Shown piece after piece: positions 51,121 to 64,000 of a stretch of DNA of 64,000 nt (its first letter is position 1; the number at the start of each line of letters is the position of its first letter). The notes under the pieces were generated by a model. That model was given only the letters and a program-made list of their open reading frames with translations. It had not been told where the DNA came from and ran no database searches. This DNA comes from Takakia lepidozioides. Lineage: Eukaryota > Plantae > Bryophyta. The DNA lies in assembly GCA_030704615.1 (NCBI GenBank), contig CM060733.1:76446001-76510000 (forward strand), read 5' to 3'. The translations under genes were made by a program, and so were the position numbers.

Positions 51121-53330
51121 ATGGCAGAGGGCCAGGACGATGAGCGTGATGTAAGAGATGACCCCTACGGACATGGGCCGCCCCTTAAGAAATTCGTTAA
51201 ATGGTGTCACATCAATCGATTGTGGCTTCCACCTAGGCATGAGGTGCAAACCAGAAACAATTACGCGGAGTCCAAGTCTTGCTTGAACTTGCATTTCCAG
51301 CATAGGACGACTGAGGTGCATTGCACATTTGTGGGGTAAGCCACTCTCAAAGGGCCAAATCCCATACACCTTCGTAGCCATGTTGTACGTAGAGGTGATA
51401 TTGTTGCGTCTAGTGAATTGACAAACTGCTAGTAGGAGAAACGCAACGATGCAATACCATTTCGTCGACATCTCGGACACGTTTGAAACACCCCCGGCTA
51501 CGATACTCGACGTGTGCGAGGCACCGGTACCCCACGCTATGATATTGGGCGTGCCCGAGGCATCAGTGCAACAAGTATCTGGAACATTACAGGATGATCT
51601 AGCGGAATCAAAACAGCGAATCCGGACCCTGGAGACCTCGTGGAATGGCAAAGACTGCACATAGCCGAGTTGGAGGATACATTGCAAAACACGTCTCGTA
51701 ACAATGAAGACATTGTCCACAATGAGGTTCGAATGAACGACGTGGACATGTCTGCGGAGTTTACAATGCCCTATCGCAGTATTGATCGCATTATTGCCGG
51801 AATTACGGACGTCCTTGATCCTGAGGCCGATGAAACCATGGTTGAGGAAGAACGAATTGCGGATGAGAAAATGAGAAAAGAAAAAGATTCAATACTGGAA
51901 ACCGGGGAGTGCTCCAGGGTAGCTATTCAATCCGATACCATGGATGATGTTGATCGCGTTACAAATGGAGCGGGATATTGCCATGGCAACTGCATGGCGG
52001 TTGTCAAAAGCATTGGAGATTCAGGCATGGGTCCCATTGGATGGCGATTGGGAGAATTGGGTACAATGGGCAACCCACTTGACCTCCAGATAGGCATAGG
52101 TAGATCGGGCACTGTCGGCCTTGCAACGTGTCGCATGCATGTCAAACCGTAGCGTAGATAACATTTATGACAACATGCAAAGGTATAACGATCTCCACAA
52201 CGCATCAAGCATTTTCGTCGGGTACACCAACTAGGCAGATGTGGAGTCTATGTTCGATCGATGTGAGCACAAAATTTCGAGATCGAACAGAAGCATAAAT
52301 TGGGAATTGGAGTTAGAAGAGATGTGAGACACCACGTCAAGGATAAGCAGCCATATCAATGCGGCTGACAGGGAAGAGATACCACGAGGCGTTTTGTCGT
52401 CATGGATATCAGATGACACAGTTTGTTCGATGTGCAGGAATCCATACGGCCCAAATGGATGTCATGTGCTTGGATCATGTGAACATATGTTCCATCTCAC
52501 ATGTCTTATCCCGCAATCCTTGCGGACAAGCGCTTGCCCAGAATGTCGTACACCAATCCATCATCGTTTCTATAAGCTGTTGGGCTTGGAGAACAGGATG
52601 CCGATAGGTTTTGAATACAATGGGCACAACCTCCCATTGGATGGACAACCACATACATTTCTGAATTGTGTGCATTGGGGCAAACTTGTTGTGGGATGCA
52701 GACAAAGCAATGCATGGCATACATGAGAGAGCAGTTTTGCCGCAATTTGGGAGGGCATTGGAGTCAGAGAAGGTCGAGGTTTATCCGGCTCCCACAGGGT
52801 CCATGGGTGCCGCGCCAGAACGATTTGTATAACCGAGAACCGATTGGGAGATATTTGTTGCTATCCGAATTAGAAGATGTTGTAATATGTCAACGCTAAT
52901 TGAGGGCAACGTACGAGCAAACTCTTCATTGGGACGACACAATGATTAGGGACACGACCCGCAAGAAGTAGTTGGAAAGTTTCAAGGATACCATCAAGGC
53001 AGTTGTAGAGGAATGGATGCGACTATGGACAGACCATTTTCATCGTGTTTCGGGGGCTTTGTTGCTGGATGTGGATGGCCTCGTTGCCAATTTACGTGCA
53101 GCCAAAGCACGCGTCGTCGATCCACCTCCGCCACGTCCTGAGATTCTGCAAAAAAATATACTTTCGCCGCAAAGTAGGCGGATGCTGGCCATAATTGATC
53201 GCATGTCATTGGGCCCCTCATTGACCACGAGATCACGGTCCCAGGCTCTCCGTATTGGCAGTGCAAATCGGGCCACAGTATCACATCCTTTGTCCCGGAC
53301 ACTTACGACGTGGATTCGAATGAGTAGCAA
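51121..53330 (+). pseudogene. Frameshifted intronless coiled-coil + RING-H2 protein, probably a transposon accessory ORF
   Basis: CSMC..CEHMFHLTC..CPECR RING-H2 at ~52420-52550. ATG at 51121 preceded by TATA-like CTATAAA (~50864) and telo-box GGGTTTAGGG (~50983). Multiple stops. Confidence 0.65.
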
Positions 53331-53789
53331 CGTAGTACATAGACAATGTGGATTTTTGTTGTACCTTGAATTTCTGGAATGCACTGATAGCACTCCGCCA
53401 ATTTTATATATGCGCATATTTTGTTAATACACATGTGCGGCACTTGCAAATTTCAATTGCATGAGCAACATTTTCTTTTGGTTTTGCACTCATGTGATGG
53501 GGAAGAAGTGGTTCACCCTCAAATTTACAATGGTGTCATATTTTGTCATGACGTGTATGTGGGTATCTGCAATGAACTCCGAAAACTTTTAAACAAGGAA
53601 AATGGATGTTAATTAATAAGTTATAACGAGTAACAAACGCTCGTCTTCCTGACAAACTTCGCCTAGTCTCGTATTTCATAATCATGTCGAAAATTCAATC
53701 TACATATGAAGAACATATCCACAAAGTTAACGAAACATAAAATAATTTTGATTGACCTCATATTACTCTAGGAGTGGGGGTCGTGGTGC

Positions 53790-54190
53790 AGCTTTGGGCG
53801 TGAGCCCGAGTCCTATCAGATGGCATATTGGACATACTAGCCAAGTCTTGAAGCGAACGAAAATCATTTGGATGGGCAACCATCCGTTGGCCCATTGGAC
53901 GAATTTCGTTTCATCTCATATTACTCTGGGACCTCTTAGATGGTACATTGAGCACACTGGCAAAGTCTGAAAGCGAATCAAAATTGTTCGGATATGCAAC
54001 CATCCGTTCAGCCATTGAATGAATTTCGTTTGATCTCATATTAGTTTGGGACTTGTGAGAGGGTGTTCCGAACGTACTGGCAAAGTTTGAAAGCAAACAT
54101 AAATGATTTGGATGAGCAACCATCCGTTCAACCGTTGGATGAATTCCATTTGATGTGCTATATTTCTGGGACCTGTGGACGGCGTTTTGG
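53790..54190 (+). repeat. 120-bp tandem repeat, ~3.3 copies
   Basis: CAACCATCCGTT ends in phase: CATCCGTT at 53881, 54001 and 54121. Confidence 0.85.
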
Positions 54191-55849
54191 GTGCACATGA
54201 TTTTTTTTTTTCATTCCATTTTTTAACCATATGTCTAATGACGGCATATGCAACGTGCGTGCCAAATTTCGTGGCGAACAAATGTGATGAGGACCCAAAA
54301 CCATAGTTTCTTCCCCAATTTGCACTCCAAACTTGATTTGTCTTCTACTTCATGCACTCTTTATAGAGAGTTCTGCAATAGTGAGGGAAGAGAACATTTT
54401 TTAAAAATTCATTTTTGTTTGGTCCAAATTTTTGCAGGGATGTAGCAGTGGGAGGCTTGAAACTAGAGAACAAGATTGAGCCAAAAATAAAATCGTTACG
54501 TAGCAGAAAACCCCAATCAAAGACAGTGTAAACCTATTTATTTGCTTGAAATTCATTTAAACTCAATTTAATTGCAAATGGTGGAAGGGCAAAGGCGTGG
54601 TTGGGGAGAAAATGTTTGTTGCTTCTCTTGTTGCTTCGCAAATGTGTTGCACACATATTCAAGCACATGCGGGCAAAAGATGGGCCTCAACCTCATCCGT
54701 TGAATGGGTGCATTGGCCGTTCACCCATGACAGGATTTATTTATCGCAATGAATAAAATTGGATGACACTGTAAGTAAAAAGGAGGGTCCTAATACCCAT
54801 GCCACACATCCCGTTAGTACTCCATCCATCCCAGACTGCAGCGGAAGAGAAAGCCTGGTCTAAATGGATTATTTAATTTCTTGTTTTGAAGTAACATGCT
54901 AACTGTCCTTCTTAACTATCATCCCAGGCAGGTGGTCGCATTCATTTGATCCTTCCTTTTACTACTTCTGCCGTTGTATTTGCATCATTCACTGTTCGCA
55001 TATGGCACTGCAGTGCTGCTTACTTCATACTTCAGATGCGATCATGCTTTGCTTCAATGCTAGCAACTCAATTTTACATGGTTATGCAGGCAATCTGGTG
55101 GACGACTTGCTCTCTACTTCCCGTGATCAACCTCTAATTCTAATCTTCCCGGCATGTTAGTGGAATCGCTCAAGCTTCATTCTACGTGAATACAACTCGC
55201 AAGTTGGATCTTATGCTCAATGATCCTTGTCACTCATTCTGATGCTAGCTAAACATGACCATCGCCTCAATGTTAGCTGCTACATTCCTACTCCAAATCT
55301 AAAATGATTCACATGCCCCCACACTTCATCACGGTGAACTCAGTACTTTACTTCAGAGCCGAAAACTAGAACAAAAGGAGAGAGATGACCATCTGGTCTC
55401 CACTCATCTTATACTTGGGCTGATCCCTAACTCCACCTTATCCCGCCGCCTCCTTCATGTGATTATTTAGTAGCAAACCAACAATATTTAAGATCCTACA
55501 GCTTTTGGACATCAAGTATGGCGGCCACCGGGTCTTATCTCCCTCTGTGCCACGGGCCCATCAACTTCTAAAAACATACTATATCTACGTGTTTTGTTTC
55601 TCAACCACCCTTTTTGCTGCATGCCACTTGTTAATATCTAATATGACCATCATGTTCCTAAATTGCTGCTGCATCTCTTTTATTTCCGCGATTTCATCCC
55701 AACAATCATAAATCAATCATTCTCTCACATTTCATCCCTCTACCAACCCGTCATTCATCTGGTACTCAATCCATGTTTGAATGAAAAATTGGCGATTTCA
55801 TCCGCTTCTCCTTAATGAAAAATCACGACTTCATTGCATCATTGAGCCC

Positions 55850-57176
55850 CCAAAAACCCTACGTGCTTTGTCTCCCGTGTTTCTCTTTGGGGATCCTCCC
55901 GCATTTCCCGTGTTACCCGCTTTTGCCTTACAGATGTAAGTCCTCTGTTTCTTAGCTGTCTGGCCCTCCAGACAAAAATTACTCCAGCTGTCATCTCGTT
56001 AATCAAGAATGTGAGTTTTGAATCCCGCCATGAATCCTGCCATATTCCACTCCTCTGTTTTCCAGCTTTGTCTTGCACATTGCAGGTTCACTCTGCTTCT
56101 CCCTTTGTATGCCTTGATGCACAGGTTCACCGTTATGCCTTCTGTGCTGAACTTACATTGTCCCACAATGTGCTTTCGATCTCATGAATTAGTGTGATCC
56201 TTTCCTCCATCATCCTTCGTATTACTGCCTGGTCATCAGTGAGCTCCACTAGCTCTGCAATCTGTTGACATTTGTTGTCCTTTGGTTTTCCACGAATCGC
56301 ACTCATTCCCTGCCCCAATCTTTCGGTCATGTGTTCCGGCAGATCGTCCGGCAGATCGTTGTAGTGTGGGTAATGTAGCTCCTAGTACCCCCGCTTTACG
56401 CCAATTCGTCCATATGTCAGTCTGAACGCTCTACGCCACTTTCTCTCTTGATCTCTCAACACATAGCTCATAACTTCATATCTATACATGCATTTCCCAG
56501 CTTCCAGGAGTTGTGCATCCTTCTTGTCATTGTCTTCATGCACGAGTTTTACCTTCACCCATGTTGAAAAGCAATCGATGGTGACTCTCACATGTGGATT
56601 GCCCGTTTTGGTGCGTAGGAATGATTGTGTTGTGTTCAGGGCTACTTGGCACAGAAACAACCCGCGTATTGGTGCATTTCCCAGACAGGCTCCTCTCGAC
56701 CCCAATGGCCCTGCGATTTTGGCTGGTTGAGCACATCTCTCGAGCCCTTGGTGAGTGCAAGCTTCCATTTTCCATTTTTCTTCACGCGTTCTTGTGTGTG
56801 CCCAACATCATTTCTTTCGTGTCCAATGTCCATCGATAGACATAGATGGCAGTTTCTCCGCTCCTTCGTATTCTGCCGTCACTGAGTGTAGCAATCGCGT
56901 TTGTAGTTCAGTCATAACTGCTGCCCCCCAGACATTCTTCCTTTCACTCCGCGTGGTGCTCACGCTTGACGTTTCATGGGGTATGTTCTCCAGTGCCCGT
57001 CGTGCATGCTCTACTTTCGCCGTTTGCAGTTGCATCTCCACTTGTGAGATTTTGCCCTGTCTCTTTGCCTTCTCATTCTTCCCTTGTGTAATTAGGCTCT
57101 TCACCAGTCTGAAAATAATACCCTTCTGCCACCGACAAGCCCCGGCGACCGTACCGGCAGGCTGGCACGCGCGCAT
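55850..57176 (-). mobile_element. Highly degraded Ty3/gypsy integrase remnant
   Basis: GHWG (HHCC region), TKTGNPHVRVTIDCFSTWVKVK, ..NVSSAQKA are integrase-like motifs. Confidence 0.6.
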
Positions 57177-57224
57177 TCAACTCCCATCCTATGTCTAGTG
57201 TGTTCCAGCCCAAGCAACTTGAGG

Positions 57225-57358
57225 GAAAAAATAAACCCCCTTTCTGAGCCATTACAGGGGCTTTGCTCCAACCCGAAGACAGAGAGACAGATGCAAGGGT
57301 TTGAACCCCAGACTCATAGGGCAACACACAAGTGTCTTACCGTGTTGTGCAATGAATC
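57225..57358 (-). mobile_element. tRNA-derived SINE-like element, family 2
   Basis: Minus strand: A-box-like TTGCACAACACGG, B-box GGTTCAAACCC, 3' CCCCC..GGGGG stem and T-run. Single copy. Confidence 0.5.
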
Positions 57359-57495
57359 TGTTTATTAGGCACCGTGTTTGAATCCACTATGTTGTAATAG
57401 CTATAAATAAGGGTCCCAAATCTTGGCAGGGGCTATTCCTGCCAGGTTGAAAAAAATGAGAAGATAGGACTGGCCAATGGGGATGGAGGGCAGGC

Positions 57496-57940
57496 TGTTG
57501 GAATGGGTGAAATACGAGGACAGTCAAATATATATATTTGACACCTCCCGAAAGAAGCGTAAACTATGTTGTCTCTTTACCCGGAAGGGTCCGCTAGAAA
57601 GGTGGACACCTTTGTGACACCAAAGGTGGATTGAACCCACGACCACTTCCGAGTTGGTAGGTGCCCATTACCACTCGGCTACAACTTGGTGTCGAGGACA
57701 GCTATAGATGGTAGCATAGAAGTAGGAGGGTGGGCCTACTCATAGCTCTAGAGCATTCCGGAAGAAGCGGTGGGTCCCTTCTAGAAGGCTTCACTTTGGA
57801 GAGCATATAAAGAGGGTAAAGGGTCTTCCACACTCGCTGATATGCTCAGCAATACGGTTGCTGATACCTACTTCTGTTCATACATACGCCCTCAACGCTA
57901 ATTAGGATCCTATGTGGTTGATTACGTGATGCACTATCAG
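57496..57940 (+). mobile_element. Possible LTR (interrupted by a SINE)
   Basis: Purine tract GGGGATGGAGGGCAGG followed by TGTTGG; TCTAGA boxes and TATAAAGAGGG. 3' end not defined. Confidence 0.35.
57524..57692 (-). mobile_element. tRNA-derived SINE, family 1
   Basis: Homolog of 30139-30317. 9-bp TSD CGAGGACAG at 57515-57523 and 57693-57701. Confidence 0.88.
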
Positions 57941-58351
57941 CGCGCCTATCCCTGAGTGGTAACCCCATTGATGTCTTACTGCCCGATCTTCAAATTTTGA
58001 ACAATCACGCGCCTATTGCCAACGTTGATGTACATATTCGCTACGGAACCTCAGCATGTAAATTATCCATCTATCTATCTTCTTCGTTGAGAAGCTTGGA
58101 TACAAAACACAATTTTAAGTAAATCTGGACTAAAGTTTGGTCCAGAAATAAGGAGAGATATCTGAATATGTATTTTTAAATCATTTAAATGGATCATTTT
58201 AAATATAAATAATTGTTTGTCTATTAATATATAATATGAGCAATAAAGAAACATTATGTATAAACTTCAGGAGAAAAAGCAGTTTCTATTTGGCTCATAA
58301 AGCAAGTTTCACTATTCACTCGACGTTTAGTAAGAGTTGAATGAGATACCA

Positions 58352-58568
58352 ACAGTCAGTAGCTCAGTTGGTGAAGTGCACTGAGTGCCACCAAGATGAT
58401 TATGGGGTCAAATCTTGCTACTGACGAGTGTGGTATGTTCATGGGTGGTGTCCCATTCCAACGCCACATGGCGGGGTTACTGTGAAAGAGGTTATACTAT
58501 TAAGGGGGCCTGATTTGTGAGCTGTTGCTCCCAGGTGTTTCCATTACATTAAAAAATAATTAAAAAAA
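58352..58568 (+). mobile_element. tRNA-derived SINE-like element, family 3
   Basis: A-box TAGCTCAGTTGG, B-box-like GGGTCAAATCT, ~130-bp body, A-rich tail. Confidence 0.55.
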
Positions 58569-59550
58569 TGGGTGTCGGGTGATAACTCGTCTCATGATCC
58601 GCGGCCTGATGGATGATTGGAGCACCAATCATATTCGTAACCGCGACTAAGCTTACGAAGGCCGTTACTATGTAATGTACAAGACAAATCAATCAAATAT
58701 GTGAGCAAAACATGGCACAATGACACAATACCATGAAATGAAATGAAAGACAATGGGGAGACATTGATGATAAACAACTGGGTTTTATTTCAGAACCATG
58801 TCAATTTGAGTAAGTCTCGCCCCATGCGCCATGGACCAATACAAGTAACGTAAACCATGTCAATGAGAGTATCAATTTCTAGAAGGAGGGCTGAACTCCG
58901 TTAGCACAAGACGATGTCGGCCGACGTACTTATGATGAAAATATTTTGAGGAAAATCATTTCCCAAAATCACGATATTTTGACAAGGTTGGAGGGACCAT
59001 TTTCAGATCTGTATTCTTTCGTTGTTCCGAAGGTTGATGGAAGAAGTCCCTAAAATGCTGTCTCGAGAATCGTTGATATGGTGATGACCTCACAAAAAAT
59101 ATCCTCCAATATTACGCCAACCAACAATGTCTTGTGCGACCGAAGTTCAGCTGTACTTCTCGAAGAATTGGTGGTCTTGTAGACTTTCAGTGAATCGCGA
59201 AGATGATGAATTACTCGTATGCTCTTCAAAACATAATGTCCAAGTAACTGACCCTGGAGTAAGATGTTGAAAGTATCCAATTGGGGAGTAAGAAGGTTGT
59301 TCGTATGCTTCTGGAGAGTGGCTCGGTGGCGAGTACGTTGATGGAGAGAGTGACGTTTTTTGCGAAATCTTCAAGGAAATAGTGTCGGGTAACTAGTCGA
59401 GGTTCATCTGTGACGGGCTGTGGTACTTCTGACGATTTACTATAAAGCACTCGTAAACTGATCACCAACTAAATAATCTTCAACTGACTAACCACCAACT
59501 AACTGATTCGAGCTGTCACAAACAATGTCAAAAATCATATTTACTGTTAG

Positions 59551-59976
59551 GTGTTTGATGCTATTGTTGTTCCTGTAGCTGAATTGTATAGTAGTCTTTT
59601 TGCTCTTCTCATGCCAACAGTATCAGGTCCCCAGAGAGTGTCATATTCAGACTCCCGTATCAGCTACGGCCCACCATCATTGACCAATATAAAACCATCA
59701 GCTGCATGTCAACTGAGAACTAGATCTTCGATTTATTATATGCGACTCCAGATAAACACCCTAGCCCATAAGTAGTTGGCCAGCAGCTTGAGATATTTCT
59801 CCGGGCTGTGATTGAATGAACTGGAGATTTCATTCTTAGCTGATGGTTTCATGTAGGTGGTGCCTGATTCCGATTTCGGAATATGGCAGTCTCAGTGGAC
59901 CTGATGTTGTTGGAATGGGAATAGCAAAAAGACTCCTATAGAAATCAGCTACATGAACATACGCAGTATCAAGCAC
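59551..59976. repeat. Diverged inverted duplication (59551-59697 vs 59976-59840)
   Basis: TGTAGCTGA..TATAG.AGTCTTTTTGCT.TTC.CAT.CCAACA..ATCAGGTCC occurs on both strands. Confidence 0.75.
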
Positions 59977-61682
59977 CTTGAAGTACATATGATTGTTGAG
60001 ATTGTTTGCACAGATTGTTAGCGACGGTGTTCCTCCTTTGGCGTCCAGTCCACATGAAAACGACGAGAATGTCGTTGGAGATTGACGTTCAATTGCTGAC
60101 ATTCTGCCTCCTCGTAACACCATTTTGGTGTGCAATGATGGACATCAGAACAGGTCAGCTCTTAAAAAAGCACGCGTGATCGCGCGATGTTAATCGTTGG
60201 TGTTCCTCAAAAGAATAATGGATCTCCAAACGAAGGATATAGGAACCAAATAAAACACCACGAGGATGCTGTCAATTGTTGGAGATCAGATTATGCAAGC
60301 AGGGAGAATGACTTCAAACAACTTAAAGACTAGGATTATAAGATACTTGAACAATCCGCCAAGGAACAAGTGACACCATCAGCCTCGATGATTTGAGTGC
60401 GTGTTCTAAAACACGTCAATGAATCATCCAGGATGATGGTGTGAAATATTCCAGGACGGATTATCCGAATACCTTGAGTTCCCTCGCTGTAATTGACCTG
60501 AAGTAACTCACTATGCCTGTAGAATCATCACATCTTCAAATGACATCATTTTTGTTGTTGAATGCGTGAACATAGAAAAATCATAACACTCCGACCAATC
60601 ACATGTGGCATTGTTGAGGTAATATAACACTTTGGCAGTCGGCTGGAGAACCAGGACGATGCTGAAGTCCGCTTTTCGAACCACGAGTGATCACGCGACA
60701 GATCTCTGCCTCTACCACCATTGAGAACCACAACGAGCCGAGTGCATCCAGATTTCAATCAACCACAAGGTGGCCATCAGTTCGTCAGGGAAGGAATTTC
60801 AAAGCCGCCAAAATTACTTCAATCCATTTGAAGAGAGATTTTAACAGAGCTTCACAATCCGCCCAGGAACAAATGAGACGACCATCGTGGGAGCTTGAAT
60901 TACGAGATAGGAACCCGAATTCAGTCATAGACGATGATCGTGATACTTGTTCCCCATCGTAATATGAAAACATCGGAAAATTCTTTCTCCTCCAACCTCC
61001 TCCAGCCTCTAGCCTGATCTGTTATTGCTTAAATTGACAATGAAGTCAACTTGTTTTATAACATCTGATGGCACTGCTGATCCATGTTAGCTCCACAAGA
61101 GGATATATGAAGGAACCACGCGCGATCGCGCCTGATTTATCTCAAACTTCGATGACTAACATTACAGCCGAAAGGATCTGGCATAACATTGACAGAGTTA
61201 AATAACGTATGTGCGTAATGAACAGGCCGACCATAGTTTAATTCATCAATAACACAGAGTTGCTTCCCAAACGGCTCACACTCAACGCATATGATCATAT
61301 CTCGAGATTGCCGTCGGTTACCACTGATGGCGGAATTCTGTGCACCCGAGGAGATGGATACAGTGGGAGATTGATGTAAGATATGACCAGACACCTCACT
61401 GGTAGCTGTACTTGATGACCTTGACAAACGTAAAGCCTCGCGGTCCCTCTGCTCAGCCTTACGCTGCCGTTCCTCTTTCTTCTCCTGTCGAATTTGATTC
61501 TGAACTTGACACTGGAATATAACTGTGTGGAGGCAGCACAGAAGGGAATTGTTAAAGAAAATACAAAGATCATTGAAATATCATTGATCTCACAAAAGTC
61601 ATGTGAAGTCAACAAACGAATAAATACAAATGGAGGTTGAAGTAAAGCTGATGGACTACACACAAAATAGGGCAATGTTAAA

Positions 61683-62400
61683 CTACGTACCCAGATAATC
61701 GGGATCTTTTTGAGGGGGGTGCCAAACAGAAGCATCAATAAATCTTCCAAACCAGGACCAGTAGACGTGATTTCGACCTATCGGAGGGCCGGAAGATTTG
61801 CAAGAGTTCTTGCCGACGTAATCAACAACAAACTGGGCTCCAATCAAGCCAGAGAAAAAAGGCCACAAAGCTTTGGTGAGGTCAACCAAATCCTCCAAAT
61901 TGCTTGATTCTTTGAATGTGATGGGGAAAACTCCAGTATTCACTGGGTTTCGGAGTGCCTTGGAAGGGTCATCGTCGACCAGTAGAATTTGCCCCTGCCT
62001 AGCAAATTCTTTCCCACTAAATTTTACGAGAATACTCTTAATATCTTTAATAAGATATTTCATTCTAGGCTCAATATGTCCAGCTGTATCTGTGCAATGC
62101 TCGGCAGACCATATGAAACGAAATTGTTTCATAATTTCCGGAGGAACGAAAAACTCCAACATCTTGAATACAGTATCCCTCTCAGAGCAAGACCAAATCA
62201 CTACATGAAAATGAGTCAATGCAAGTCAAAGAAACTCCAACACTCCAGGTCTTGGAACCACAAATGGTCTTGCAGGCACCCGAATTGTTACTTTCCTCAA
62301 GTGGAACCTCTGTTTAAACAACTCACCTCCGGTAGGAGGTAGCCTGTAGCAAAGAAGTCCATTGACACTCAGTACCAGCAACATGCATTTGTGTTTCCGG
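61683..62400 (-). pseudogene. FCP1/NIF-homology (HAD-fold CTD-phosphatase-like) protein, catalytic motif degenerate, one frameshift
   Basis: LLVLSVNGLL (DxDxT position), PRPGVLEFL, FHVVIWS, FIWSAEHC, KDIK, ILLVDDDPSKALRNP. Frameshift at ~62225. Confidence 0.75.
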
Positions 62401-64000
62401 ACACCACACATTTCTTGAGTAACAACGTTCTGAACCATCCAAAAGAGCCCATTAGTTTCTGTTATCTGACCCAAAAATTAGGTATTTCCAATACATTTTG
62501 CAACTCAAAAAATGCCACGACATACTTGCGTTTTGTGGTTTACCTCGTTTCTATACCCTGATTTTCAAATGGAATATTTTGCTAAGGTAATATTTTCAGC
62601 ATTACATCATCCAATTGAGATTTGAGACAAAAAATCACAATCGGGAGTCTCTGAGTTTCCTGCAACCACGCGCGATCGCGCGAGGTTACTTTGTGAAAGT
62701 TGTGTCGACAATGTAAATGATATATGTAATGATTACTAGGAAGCCATAACCAATAAGACAGAGGACCAAGTGAAGGAGATACTTATTCACTTTGCTAGAT
62801 TTACCCTCCGATTCTGAGGCGGGTTACCATTGGAGGCAGGTGAATGTTGAAGGGATAACAGAACGTCAGATGTTGTTTTTTCATCGTCGGACACGACCGC
62901 CGCTGACTGCTGTGATCCTTGACAAAGGACCATCCGGAATTCTGGGGGGTTGGGGATGTGCAGAAATATTCGTCGGTCTTGTCGGTGTGCTGACCTCAGT
63001 TGGCGAATGAGTGAGTTCAATAACCTTCTCGCTGACGGTTGGCAATGGAATTCGGTTTCTTTCTTTTTGCACATCCTGAACCGAATTCAAACGGAAAAAA
63101 AATGATTACCTTGGAATACAACCCCGCAGAAGTTGCCGCTTCACAGGAAGGTCATACGTTGCAGCTTTTCTGGCCTGGAGTAAAGAGAGAAAATCAAAGG
63201 ATGAACAGAAACACGGTAACAATAAAATGCATGGATGAAATAGAAATAAATCACCTGACTTCTCAGCAGCTGAGGTGTCCAGCCCTCGTGATCCGGTGAC
63301 CCACTTGGAATTACGACATGATGAGGAGGCAGTTGATCGATAGTGACAATCAATTGTTCGGTAGACTCATGTAGATGCCCCGTGACGGCGTCTGGTGGAA
63401 AGTGTTGGGAGAAGGGCGGCTCCAAGGAGGATTCCCCAAGATATTGAGAATCGCTCTCCACTATGCAGCCAACCCCAGTTAAATCATCGACCCTGCTAAC
63501 TGTGGATTCATCTTTTGACATTTTGAGCCTCGAAACACTCTCCATAACAACAATGGATGCCTGAGTAGACAACAAGTTGTCAGGTCCTTGGAAAGCTTCT
63601 GGCCTGATCATTTCTACATCGTCAACAATATCAGACGATATTGTTTTGCCAATTGGAGATGCATTTGTGGCATGAAGAACATATTGATATGAGCATACCT
63701 GCAAATGAAATATATGTCAACAAAGTTGAGTTGGAAGAACGCGTGACCACGCGTGCTTCCGAAAAGAAATCGACGGACATAAAGCAACAACGAATCCATT
63801 GACCGTTACATATGGTTTGGCAATATAACAATTTCCATGCAAAGCAAAAGAATATCAGAAGAAGACTGAAATTCCATGGTCTTCACAATCAATTTTAAAT
63901 AGTAAACTGTGTTCACAGTAGAACGCGAATATTTACTTATCATTTACTCGGAAATCGCGATATTGTGAATTGTCAATATAGTCAAGAAAAGGCTTGAACT

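Overview
Eukaryotic, TE-rich, decaying genomic DNA, probably from a streptophyte (charophyte alga or early-diverging land plant). This is inferred from spliceosomal introns, plant-type TTTAGGG motifs, an At1g22800-like NDUFAF5 fragment and bryophyte-like retroelements. 1-27 kb: the 3' part of a multi-exon gene for a single-pass membrane protein (PPC-like domain, thrombospondin-1 repeats, EGF and Cys-rich repeats, TM helix, Pro/Ser-rich tail) carrying several frameshifts. Its two giant introns hold nested elements: a LINE inside a LINE (16-bp TSD), a Copia inside another LINE (389-bp LTRs, GGGAG TSD), a tRNA-SINE, and an intron-containing NDUFAF5 fragment inside a LINE ORF2. 28-43 kb: two mutually inverted minisatellite arrays bracket an LTR-less, circularly permuted Ty3/gypsy internal region and an intron-containing, bacterial-type Uma2 (PD-(D/E)XK) nuclease gene. 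43-64 kb: C-rich tandem repeats ahead of an L1-type ORF1, a ~50-bp-phased hairpin array ahead of a RING-finger ORF, a gypsy integrase remnant, three tRNA-SINE families, and a cluster of degraded ORFs (one FCP1/NIF-like) punctuated by a recurring CACGCGCGATCGCGCG palindrome. All calls were made by eye; no searches were run.
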